From Mobula hypostoma (taxonomy: Eukaryota), in the NCBI RefSeq assembly GCF_963921235.1, contig NC_086097.1:239384001-239448000 (forward strand): a stretch of 64,000 bases of DNA, given 5' to 3'. This document shows, one piece after another, positions 49,523-61,115 of the stretch (position 1 is its first letter; each line of letters opens with the position of its first letter). Below the pieces are notes generated by a model, which was given only the letters and a program-made list of their open reading frames with translations, was not told where the DNA came from and made no database searches. Made by a program: the position numbers and the translations under genes.

Positions 49523-49625
49523 GGATGGTTATAAACAGGTTTGTGCTTATTTTCTTTCTTGGCTCTTTCTTTAAGATTTCTTTTTTTGGATATCAGATAG
49601 TTTTCTCCCAAATTGACTGTTGCAG

Positions 49626-49660
49626 ACCCCAATGATATACAAAAAGAGCTGATTATTCTG
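49626..49660 (+). CDS. Candidate 35-bp coding exon
   Basis: Acceptor gactgttgcag, donor CTG|gtaggt; only one open frame, (D)PNDIQKELIIL, phase-compatible with neighbours. Confidence 0.4.
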
Positions 49661-50254
49661 GTAGGTTGCCACCTGCAGTCTGCTGGTTACCATTACATCA
49701 TTTGGATGACCAATCTGCAAATTCAATGTTTTATTTCAGAGCATATCAACAGATTCCACTTTGTTGTCGGCTATCCAATCAACTCCAAGATTTAAAAAAA
49801 TGTTATCAGGAAATCAGTTAAGTTACATCGATTAGAAACAAGTATGTCCCAAACAATTAGCTGCACTGAAATGAAGGAGCTAAGAAGATGCATTTGGAGT
49901 TCTCTGCCAAATTGTACACAGTCTAGTTTCGCAAACACCAGTGCAATAAACTACCTGTTCATAGCGATCATGACTGATGATAGGAGGATTGCTTGATAAG
50001 GTGCATCAATATTCTGGTCAAGGGAAACTACTCACTCTACATTTTCTCCTACTCTGGCAAGATTAGTAGAGTGGATTTTCTATACCAGTAGATTAACCTC
50101 ATGCACACAGAGCTGAGCTGCACTGTAACAGTTCCCAAACTCCCTTCTCCCTTTGTGCCAAAAACCCACCTACATTACCTTAATTTAAGGTTCAAAGTAA
50201 ATTTATTATCAAAGTCACCATATATTCCCTTGAGATTCGTGTTACAATCATGGT

Positions 50255-50752
50255 GTTATAGAAAAGTACACACGCAAACAGCTCCTTTGGCCCATCTAGT
50301 CCATGCTGAAACCACTTAAGCTGTCTACTCGCATTGTCCTGAGTTGGGACCATAGCCTACCATGCTCCTACCATCAAAGTACCTGTCCAAATGTCTCTTA
50401 GAAATTGAAATTGAGCTCCTACCAGCAGCTCATTCCACAATCTCATGACCCCTCAGTGAAGAAGTTTCCCCTTATGTTCACCTTTCACCCTTAAGTCATG
50501 ACCTCTAGTTGTAGTCCTACCCATCTTCAGTGGAAAAGGCCTGCTTGCATTTACCCTACATATGCTCTTCATTATTTTGTGTATTGTATCTCCCCTCAAT
50601 CTTCTATGTTCCAAGGAATGAAATCCTAATTTACTCAATCTTTCCTTATAACTCAGATCCTCCAGTCCCAGCAAAATCCTTGTAATTTTCTCTGTACTCT
50701 TTCAAACTTATTTATGTCTTTCCTGTAGGCAGGTGACTAAAGCTGCACACAA
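50255..50752 (-). mobile_element. CR1 3' end
   Basis: ORF 50453-50674 (LSYKERLSKLGFHSLEHRRLRGD). Confidence 0.85.
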
Positions 50753-51693
50753 TGATGGAATAGATGGCTTTATTGCCACATTTACAGATGATATGAAGAT
50801 TGGTGGAGGGGCAGGTAGTGTTGAGGAAACAGGTTGGCTGCAGAAGGACTTAGACAGAGTAGAAGAATGGGCAGAAAGTGGCAAATGAAATTCAATGTTG
50901 GAAAATGCATGGTTGTGCACTTCAGTAGCAGAAATAAATGTGCAGACTATTTTCTAAATGGGGAGAAAATCCAAAAATCTGAGATGCAAAGGGACTTGGG
51001 AGTCCTTGTGCAGAACACCCTGAAGGTTAACTTGCAGGTAAGGCTGGTGGTGAGGAAGGCAGATGTAATGTTAGCATTCATTTCAAGAAGTCTGGAATAC
51101 AAGAGCAGGGATGTGATGCTGAGGCTGTATAAGGCACTGGTGAGGCCTCATCTTGAGTATTGTGAACAGTTTTGGGCTCCTCATCTAAGAAAAGATTGGC
51201 ATTGGAGAGGGTTTAAAGGAGGTTCACAAGGATGACTCCAGGAATGAAAGGGTTATCATAAGAGGAATTTTGATGGCTTTGGGTCTGTATTCGCTAGAAT
51301 TTAAAAGTATGAGGGGGGAATCTCATTGTAACCTTTTGAATATTGAAAGGCCTAGACAGAGTAGATGTGGAAAGGGTATTTCTCATGGTGGGAGAGTCTA
51401 AGAGTCCTCAGCCTCAGGATAGAGGGATGTCCATTTTAAACAGAGATGTGGAAAAATTTCTTTAGCCAGAGGGTGGTGAATTTGTGGAATTTGTTACTGC
51501 AGGTAGCTGTGAAGGCCAGGTCTTTGGCTGTATTTAAGGCCAAGATTGATAGTTCTTGATTTGACATCAAAGGTTATGGGGAAAAGGCCGAGAGACGGGG
51601 CTAGGGAGGGGAAAAAGAGGATCAGCCATGATTGAATGGCGGAGCAGACTCAATGTGCCAATGGCCTAATTGTGCACCAATGTCTTATGGTCA
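50752..51693 (+). mobile_element. CR1 RT to 3' end
   Basis: ORF 50834-51235 (WQMKFNVGKCMVVHF..LYKALVRPHLEYCEQFWAP). Confidence 0.9.
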
Positions 51694-52769
51694 AATACTC
51701 CAAAGGCCTTACCAATGTCTTTTATATCTCCTTGCATGCATTTACAGTAGAACAAAGAAATACAATAAAATCAATAAAAAACTACAAACAAAGACCTGCC
51801 AAACAGTCATTGTGAAACTATGCAAATGCAAAATAAAACAATTAACAATATAATTAAATTAATGAATCAATAAATACGTAAGTAAATAAATAAATAATAC
51901 TGAGACCATGAGTTGTAGAGTGCTTGAAAATGACTTGATAGGTTGTAGAATCAGTTCAGTTGTGAGGCCAGTTAAGTTACCCACACCAGTTCAGAAACCG
52001 GATGGCTGGAGAGTAATAAATATTCCTGAACCCCGCAGTGTGGGACCTAATTCTCCTGTACCACTTTTCAAATGGCAGCAGCGAAAAGCAAGCATGTCCT
52101 GGATGGTGGGGGGGGGGGGGGGGGTCCTTGACATTTATTTATTTATTTTATTTTTATATATAACTCCTTTCATGATGTCTTGCTTCAGGATTGCGTGACC
52201 CTTTGTTCTTTTGGCTTCATTTTAATCGTCTGTCCCTCCTACATTCTGGCCTCTCTGCCCCCTGGCTACTGAACTGTCCAAGGTACACTCAAGGAACAGC
52301 TCTGTGATTTTTGATTACTTCCACTACAAGACTCAACAATTACAGAGAATGACTCTGCTTCTCCAATTTACACTCGGTCTAGACACATCTTTTGTTCTTT
52401 ACTTCTGCCCTTTTTTACCCAACACGTTTCACCTTGCAGCATCAGTACTTCTGACGTTTCATCTCTGTTCCCTACTACCCTATCACTGCCTTAGTCTTTG
52501 CTTTCTCTCCTGCTGCCTCTGCATCTAATAACTACAGAGAAACTCAATCGCAAATTTTTCTGCAATTGAAATGAATTTTTTTTCGACATTTGCAAAAGAA
52601 ATGGATTTTTCCAGGAATGAAGCAAAATAATAGCTATTTGTAGACTATATTTCGCCATTTGGGCTATTCTATCATTTCACCATTTGGGAGACTCGATTAT
52701 GATATAGGGAGGGAATCTCAATGCTGATTGGTTGTGCAGTGAACTTCATGCATTGTTTCTCCTAAATAG

Positions 52770-52850
52770 GATCGAGGTCTGTTTACAATTGAAAATATAG
52801 ACCCCGATCACACTTATGAGCCAATACCATCACAATTAACAGCACACTAA
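52770..52850 (+). CDS. Candidate last coding exon
   Basis: Acceptor ttgtttctcctaaatag; DRGLFTIENIDPDHTYEPIPSQLTAH*; unique sequence; gtaagt donor 31 nt after the stop. Confidence 0.45.
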   Translation, partial: DRGLFTIENIDPDHTYEPIPSQLTAH

Positions 52851-53571
52851 CGATGTCTCCTTGCATGGTGACAAAATGCTTGTAAGTAAATTGCCCAGAT
52901 CAGAGAACGACTCAACCCAACCACCATGGATATTTTTGTGTAACTTCAGATCTTAACTTCATCTAACGTGTCACTCCCAATATAAAAAGAGAAGTACTCA
53001 CCTGGATGTCATGATGATAACTCAACAGCTGTGAATATGTTCCTTCATTTGTTTTGACAACTTCATGCATGGAAACTTTATTTGAAGAGGAAGCAAGGTT
53101 AATTCCTGCTTCAAAACTAATTAGTTTTCAAATGTAATTATACCATCTTTTATGGCTTCAACGGAACTTTTATATTAAAATTAAGATTGTCCACAAAAAA
53201 GATAAGCTATTATTATTTCAAGTGACTCTTTCCCATTCTTTCCTTACTTTTGAAGCAATTGATAACACAGACATAAGCAGCAGTTAAGCTGTCTGTGAAA
53301 GAACAAAATTTCTCCAAAACAATTACTGATCATTGCTTGGAACAATTCATCCCTGGGGAATAATTATGGATGAAGAACTGCAGATTCTTATTATATTTTT
53401 GAAAAGTTTGAGTGACTATGCAAAAAAAATGCTGATACATGTTTTTTTTGTTCACAGAGAGATATTGCAGCTGATATCATAGTTTCACTATTAACTATTA
53501 CTTTAACCAGGTAAAACTACTTATTACAGAGAGTCACAGAGACAGGTACATTGCTAATATGGAAATCACTT

Positions 53572-53820
53572 TGTTATGTTTTGTAAATTCAAATTATTAA
53601 ACTAATTGCAAGGAAGACACAGGAGTACAAAAATGCGGGTCTAACTTCGAGTTTACTTGAAGAAAGGTGCGCCATATAAACGTGGTAATGTGATGGCATA
53701 TGCAATTCATGTATTTTTACATATAACCTGTGATGAATTATTGAAATGACCAATAATGCTTAATCAAACAATATGTATACAAGTTTACGCAAATATTATT
53801 TAATTATTAAATACACAATG
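53572..53820 (-). mobile_element. Solo Gypsy LTR, same family as 20007-20246
   Basis: Reverse complement aligns at both ends (ttgtgtatttaata.. and ..tttacaaaa.ataaca). Confidence 0.75.
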
Positions 53821-54224
53821 TACTATTTTTAGATATGGAATATATATATATATATAGAAAATAAGTTTTATCAAAACAATTTTTGCAAATAGGTAAAATG
53901 TTAACATGATTCATTGATGATTGTATGGGTGGCAAAGATGGGGGAAGTTTTCAATATGAAAAATAAATTACTCAGAATTAATGTGCAGATTGCTCTCAAA
54001 TTAGCTTTTGTTGGGTATTTCATTTCAGTGTTATTCTAATGAGATTGAAGTATTCTTGAAGCCATTGATCTGTATTGTTAATTATAATGTGTTAGCTATT
54101 CTGTTCTATTTCTAATAGACAATGAAAAGTGGGAAAACAATGCGTGTGTGTGTGATGAATATGCTCAGATATGCATACTTTTTCTGAATTGTGGACCTGT
54201 ATTTATTTTTATTTTTAAAATATA

Positions 54225-57200
54225 TTTTATCTCAGCTCAAGCTAGTAAAACCTGAGGTACAGGCATAGCTAAGCACTCATTTCTTAATTGCTAGAAATTT
54301 TAGGACCATTCTTGTGGTCTTTAGTATTGTGGATTTCTGGAAATTTACATAGATATCACCGTGTAGCCCCAATCGTTTAATGCTATTGTGTAGAGACTTT
54401 GGGATGATACCAGTTGTAGATATTACTATGGGGACCATGCTCCATAGTCTTTCAATTTCCTGTTTTATTTTAGCATACTTCTGGTGTTTTTCACTTACTG
54501 ATTTCTGCATGTTATGTGTGTTTGGAATGGCTACAATTAAGTAAGTTGTTCTTGTTTGTTTATCCTGTGTTAGAGCTGCATAACACTAAGGGGCAGAAAA
54601 CGCTGGTGGGAGTTGTGTACAGGCCACCTAACAGTAGTAGTGAGGTTGGGGATGGTATTAAACAGGAAATTAGAAATGTGTGCAATAAAGGAACAGCAGT
54701 TATAATGGGTGAATTCAATCTACATATAGATTGGGTGAACCAAATTGGTAAGGGTGCTGAGGAAGAGGATTTCTTGGAATGTATGTGGGATGGTTACTTG
54801 AACCAACATGTCGAGGAACCAACTAGAGAGCAGGCTATTCTAGACTGTGTATTGAGCAATGAGGAAGGGTTAATTAGCAATCTTGTCATGAGAGGCCCCT
54901 TGGGTAAGAGTGACTATGATATGGTGGAATTCTTCATTAAGATGGAGAGGGACATAGATAATTCAGAAACAAAGGTTCTGAACTTAAAGAAGGGTAACTT
55001 TGAAGGTATGAGATGTGAATTGGCTAAGATAGGCTGGCAAATGACACTTAAAGTGTTGACGGTGGATATGCAATGGCAAGCATTTAAAGATTGCATGGAT
55101 GAACTACAACAATTGTTCATCCCAGTTTGGCAAAAGAATAAATCAGGGAAGGTAGTGCACCCGTGGCTGACAAGGGAAATTAGGGATAGTATCAATTCCA
55201 AAGAAGAAGCATACAAATTAGCCAGAAAAAGTCCTCACCTGAGGACTGGGAGAAATTCAGAGTTCAGCAGAGGAGGACAAAGGGCTTAATTAGTAAAGGG
55301 AAAAAAGATTATGAGAGAAAACTGGCAGGGAACATAAAAACTGACTGTAAAAGCTTTTATAGATATGTGAAAAGAAAAAGATTGGTTAAGACAAATGTAG
55401 GTCCCCTACAGACAGAAATAGGGGAATTGATTATGGGGAGCAAGGACATGGCAGACCAATTGAATAACCACTTTGGTTCTGTCTTCACTAAGGAGGACAT
55501 AAATAATCTTCCGGAATTAGTAGGGGACAGAGGGTCCAGTGAAATGGGGGAACTGAGGGAAATACATGTTAGAAGGGAAGTGGTGTTAGGTAAATTGAAG
55601 GGATTAAAGGCAGATAAATCCCCAGGGCCAGATAGTCTGCATCCCAGAGTGCTTAAGGAAGTAGCCCAAGAAATAGTGGATGCATTAGTGGTAATTTTTC
55701 AAAACTCTTTAGATTCTGGACTAGTTCCTGAGGATTGGAGGGTGGCTAATGTAACCCCACTTTTTAAAAAAGGAGGGAGAGAGAAACCGGGGAATTATAG
55801 ACCGGTTAGCCTAACATCAATGGTGGGGAAATTGCTGGAGTCAGTTATCAAAGATGTGATAACAGCACATTTGGAAAGTGGTGAAATCATCGGACAAGGT
55901 CAGCATGGATTTGTGAAAGGAAAATCATGTCTGACGAATCTCATAGAATTTTTTGAGGATGTAACTAGTAGAGTGGATAGGGGAGAACTAGTGGATGTGG
56001 TATATTTGGATTTTCAAAAGGCTTTTGACAAGGTCCCACACAGGAGATTAGTTTGCAACCTTAAAGCACATGGTATTGGGGGTAAGGTATTGATGTGGAT
56101 AGAGAATTGGTTGGCAGACAGGAAGCAAAGAGTGGGAATAAACAGGACCTTTTCAGAATGGCAGGCAGTGACTAGTGGGGTACCGCAAGGCTCAGTGCTG
56201 GGACCCCAGTTGTTTACAATATATATTAATGACTTAGATGAGGGAATTAAATGCAGCATCTCCAAGTTTGCGGATGACACGAAGCTGGGCGGCAGTGTTA
56301 GCTGTGAGGAGGATGCTAAGAGGATGCAGGGTGACTTGGATAGGTTGGGTGAGTGGGCAAATTCATGGCAGATGCAATTTAATGTGGATAAATGTGAGGT
56401 TATCCACTTTGTTGGCAAAAACAGGAAAACGGATTATTATCTGAATGGTGGCCGTTTAGGAAAAGGGGAGATGCAATGAGATCTGGGTGTCATTATACAC
56501 CAGTCATTGAAAGTGGGCATGCAGGTACAGCAGGCTGTGAAAAAGGCGAATGGTTTGCTGGCATTCATAGCAAGAGGATTCGAGTACAGGAGCAGGGAGG
56601 TACTACTGCGGTTGTACAAGGCCTTGGTGAGACCACACCTGGAGTATTGTGTTCAGTTTTAGTCCCCTAATCTGAGGAAAGACATCCTTGCCATAGAGGG
56701 AGTACAAAGAAGGTTCACCAGATTGATTCCTGGGATGGCAGGACTTTCATATGATGAAAGACTGGATTGACTAGGCTTATACTCATTGGAATTTAGAAGA
56801 TTGAGGGGGGGATCTTATTGAAACGTATAAAATCCTAAAGGGATTGGACAGGCTAGATGCAGGAAGATTGTTCCCGATGTTGGGGAAGTCCAGAACGAGG
56901 GGTCACAGTTTGACGATAAAGGGGAAGCCTTTTAGGACCGAGATTAGGAAAAACTTCTTCACACAGAGAGCGGTGAATCTGTGGAATTCTCTGCCACAGG
57001 AAGCAGTTGAGGCCAGTTCATTGGGTATATTTAAGAGGGAGTTAGATATGGCCCTTGTGGCTAAAGGGATCAGGGGGTATGGAGGGAAGGCTGGTACAGG
57101 GTTCTGAGTTGGATTATCAGCCATGATCATAATAAATGGCGGTGCAGGCTCAAAGGGCTGAATGGCCTACTCCTGCACCTATTTTCTATGTTTCTATGGA

Positions 57201-57340
57201 TTGTCCTATTTGTAATAACAGATCAGTCATAATATAGTAGGAGTCTGAGTCTAAAACTAGATCAGGCTTGTATTTATAGTAAGGTATGGTGTCTTTTATG
57301 AGTTTGTAGTTCAAAGCAAGATTTTGGTGAATGATGTCTG
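54225..57340 (-). mobile_element. R4/Dong-clade element 3' end, split by a young CR1
   Basis: ORF 54277-54510 (EKHQKY..EIERLW..VPIVISTTG); 57198-57340 (IIHQNLALNYKLIKD..YKYKP.LVL) homologous to 49280-49420. Confidence 0.85.
54570..57197 (+). mobile_element. Young CR1 LINE, 5'-truncated (end of endonuclease, RT, 3' UTR)
   Basis: ORFs 54516-55289 (GVVYRPPN, GKSDY) and 55367-56479 (NYRPVSLTS, QHGF, DFQKAFD, GVPQGSVLGP, KFADDTK); ttctatgtttctatg tail. Confidence 0.96.
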
Positions 57341-58405
57341 ACCTACCCAGGACTGCATAAAGTGCACAAAACAGTGCAGGCATTACAATAAATAATAAAC
57401 AAGACAATAGGCACAGTAGAGGGCAGTAGGTTGGTGTCAAGCCAGGCTCTGGGTATTGAGGAGTCTGATGACTTGGGGGAAGAAACTGTTACATAGTCCG
57501 GTTGTGACAGCCCGAATACTTCGATGCCTTTTGCCAGATGCAGGAGGGAGAAGAGTTTGTATGAGGGGTGCGTGGGATCCTTCATAATGCTATTTGCTTT
57601 ACAGATGCAGCGTGTGGTGTAAATGTCTGTAATGGCTGGAAGAGAGACCCCGATGATCTTCTCAGCTGGCCTCACTATCCACTGCAGGGTCCTGTGATCT
57701 GAGATGGTGCAATTTCTGAACCAGGCAGTGATGCAGCTGCTCAGGATGCTCTCTGTACAACCTCTGTAGAATGTGGTGAGGATGGGGGCGGTGGGAGATG
57801 GACTTTTCTCAGCCTTCGCAGAAAGTGGAGATACTGCTGGGCTTTCTTTGCTATGGAGCTGGTGTTAAGGGACCAGGTGAGATTCTCCGCCAGGTGAACA
57901 CCAAGAAATTTGGTGCTGTTTAATGATCTCATGAGTCGTCGATGTTCAGCAGAGAGTGGTCGTTCTGTGTCGTCCTGAAGTCAACAACCATCTCTTTTGT
58001 TTTGTTCACATTCAGAGACAGGTTGTTGGCTCTGTACCAGTCCGTTAGCCGCAGCATCTCCTGTCTGTATGCTGACTCATTGTTCTTGCTGATGAGACCC
58101 ACCACGGTCGTGTCATCAGCGAACTTGATGATGTGGTTCGAGCTGTGTGTTGCAGCACAATCATGGTTCAGCAGAGTGAACAGCAGTGGAATGAGCACAC
58201 AGCCCTGGGGGGCCCCATGCTCAGTGTGATGGTGTTGGAGATGCTGCTTCCAATCCGGACTGAATAAGGTCTCCCAGTCAGGAAGTCTAGGATCCAGTTG
58301 CAGAGGGAGGTGTTCAGGCCCAGTAGGCTCAGCTTTCCAATCAGTTTCTGCGGAATGATTGTGTTGAATGCTGAACTGAAGTCTATGAACAGCATCTTGG
58401 GCAGC
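57340..58405 (-). mobile_element. Rex1 LINE RT to 3' region
   Basis: ORFs 58168-58440 (DFSSAFNTI), 57929-58198 (KFADDTT), 57741-57932, 57343-57675. Confidence 0.9.
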
Positions 58406-58444
58406 ATGTGCAAATCCTTACAGACAGCAGCGGGAATCAAACCC

Positions 58445-60138
58445 CGAGTGAACTAAACGAGTATTTTGCATCAGCCTTCACCATGGAAGACACTAGCCGT
58501 GTGCCAGATGTTGTAATGTCTGAGGGAAGAGAAGTGAGCGCAGTTACTATGACAAGGGAGAAGGTGCTCAAAAAGCTGAAAGACATAAGTCACCCAGGCC
58601 AGATGAACTGGACCCTAGTATTCTGAAAGAGGTAGCAGTAGAGATTGTGGAGACATTCATCATGATCTTTCAGAAATCATAGAACTCTGGCATGGTTCCA
58701 GAGGACTGGACAATTGCAAATATCACTCCACTCTTTAAGAAAGGAGGAAGGCAGCAGAAAGGAAATTATAGATCTGTTAGCCTGAACTCAGTGATTGGGA
58801 AGATGTTGGAGTCAATTGTTAACAATGAGGTTATGGAGTACTTGGTGACACATGACAAGATAGGACAAAGTAAGCATGGTTTCCTTTGGGGGAAACCTTG
58901 GCTGATGAACCTGTTGGAATTCTTTGAGGAGATTACAAATAGGATAGATAATGGGGATATTATATATTTGGATTTTCAGAAGACCTTTGACAAGGTATCA
59001 CACATGAGGCTGTTTACCATGTGAAGAGCCCATGGTATTATGGGAACGTTACTGGCATGGTTGGAGCATTGGCTGATCGGTAGGAAGCAGCAAATGGGAA
59101 TAAAAGAATTCTTTTCTGTTTGGCTGCCAGTGACTAGTGCTGTTCCGCAGGAGTTGGTGTTGGTACTACTTCTTTTTATGCTGTATATCAATGATTTAGA
59201 TGATGGAATAGATGGCTTTGTTGCCAAGTTTGCAGATGATATTAAGGTTAGTGGAGGGGCAGGTAGTGTTGAGGAAACAGGTAGGCTGCAGAAGGACTTA
59301 GACAGATTAGGAGAATAGGCAAGAGAGTGGCAAATGAAATACAGTGTTGGAAAATGAATGGTCATGCAATTTGGTAGTAGAAATAAATGTGCAGACTATT
59401 TTCTAAACAGGGAGGTAATCCAAAACTCTGAGATGCAAAGTGGCTTGGGTCCTTGTGCAGAACGTTAACATGCAGATTGAGTCAGTGGTGAGAAAGTCAA
59501 ATGCCATGTTAGCATTCATTTCAAGAAGTCTAGAATACAAGAGCAGGGGTGTGATACTGAGGCTTTATTAGGTACCAGTGAGGCCTCACATTGAGTATTG
59601 TGAACAGTTTTGGGCTCCTCATCTAAGAAAAAATGTGCTGGCATTGGAGAGGGTCCAGATGAGTTTCTCAAGGATGATTGCGGGAATGAAAGGATAATAA
59701 TACAAGGAACACTTAGTGGCTCTGGAAATTAGAAGGATGAAGGGGGATCTCATTGAAACCTTTGAAATGTTGAAAGGCCTAGACAGCGTAGACATGGAAA
59801 GGATGTTTCCCATTGTGGGGGAGTCTAGGACAAAATGGCACACCCTCAGGATAGAGGGGTGTCCATTTAAAACAGAAATGTGGAGAAATTTCTTTAGCCA
59901 GAGAGTAGTGAATTTGTGGAATTTGTTACCACAGGCAGCTCTGGAGACCAGGTTGTTTGGTGTGCTTAAGGCAGAGAGTGATAAGTTCTTGATTGGACAT
60001 GGCATCAAAGGTTACAGGAAGAAGGCTGGGGAGTGGGGCTGAGGAGGGGAAATATGGATCAGCCATGATTGAATGGTGGAGCAGACTCGATGGAACAAAT
60101 GGCCTGACTGCTCCTGTGTCTTAGGGTCTTCTGGTCTC
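58445..60138 (+). mobile_element. CR1 ORF2 to 3' end, decayed
   Basis: ORFs 58692-59024, 59040-59318 (KFADD), 59716-60042. Confidence 0.92.
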
Positions 60139-60694
60139 ACTGCAAAAGCTGCTGCTGTAAAATGCTGTGCTCCTGACTCTGTGTGTGTGTGTGTGTGTGT
60201 ACATGCACCTCAAGGGGAGCAACTTGAGGTGATCTCTTTTCAAGTCTGAAAGCCCATTTCAAGTTCTGCTGTCTCTCCATTCCACTGCAGTGACACATGA
60301 CATGCAAACTGCTATGTTAACCAATTGATACACCACAGTCACAGTCTCAGTGGGTACAAGGTTCAATTGGACTGTATCATTTTTGGAATGCTCTGCTTGA
60401 TCTTCCTTGCTGCAATGCCACACTTGTGACTTTAGCAAGATGCCCACTGAAGTGTAGCTTGTCTACAGGGTAAATCAGAAACTGTATAGTCTTTGCTGGC
60501 TATGTTCCAGGCCAATGTCAGGCTAACTTCAGTCAGCAGTGAAAATTACTGCACCAGTGCAGTTGTCTGAGGAAATGAGTGTCTTAACATCAAACTTTGT
60601 AGAGGACTCACATTCTACTGCAGTGATCCCCACCCAACTGTGTGCATTCGAGACACGGACTACCCATAGCAGCATCTTGAACCATTAGAGAGGG

Positions 60695-61115
60695 CTTCAC
60701 AAGGGGATCTTGGAGTCTTAATGCAGGACTTCCTTATATTTAGCTTGCAGCTTGAGTTTGTAGTAAGGAAGACAAATGCAATGCAAGCATTCATTTCGAG
60801 AGGGCTGGAGTTTAAAAACAAGGATGTAATACTGAGCAACACACATAAAAGTTGCTGGTGAACGCAGAGGCTTTTTAAGGCATTGGTCAGACTACAGTTG
60901 GAGTATTGGGAGCAGTTCTGGACTCCTTATCTAAGAAAGGACGTGCTGGCATTGGAGAGTGTCCAGAGGAGGTTTACGAGAATGATTCTGGTCATGAAAC
61001 GGGTAAATGAGGAGTATGTTATGTCTCTGGGCCTGGACTCGCTGGCATTTAGAAGAATGAGTGGGTTCTCATTGAAATCTAATAAATATTGAAAGGTCTA
61101 GGCAGAGTGGATATG
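60695..61115 (+). mobile_element. CR1 fragment
   Basis: ORF 60883-61092 (LEYWEQFWTPYLRKDVLALESVQRRFTRM). Confidence 0.85.

Noticed and set aside
20007..53820. One giant LTR element bounded by related LTRs
   Set aside because: LTRs are inverted and diverged, with no shared TSD
56014..56418. Antisense ORFs over CR1/Rex1 RT regions
   Set aside because: Recurrent open antisense frames of LINE RT sequence, not independent genes
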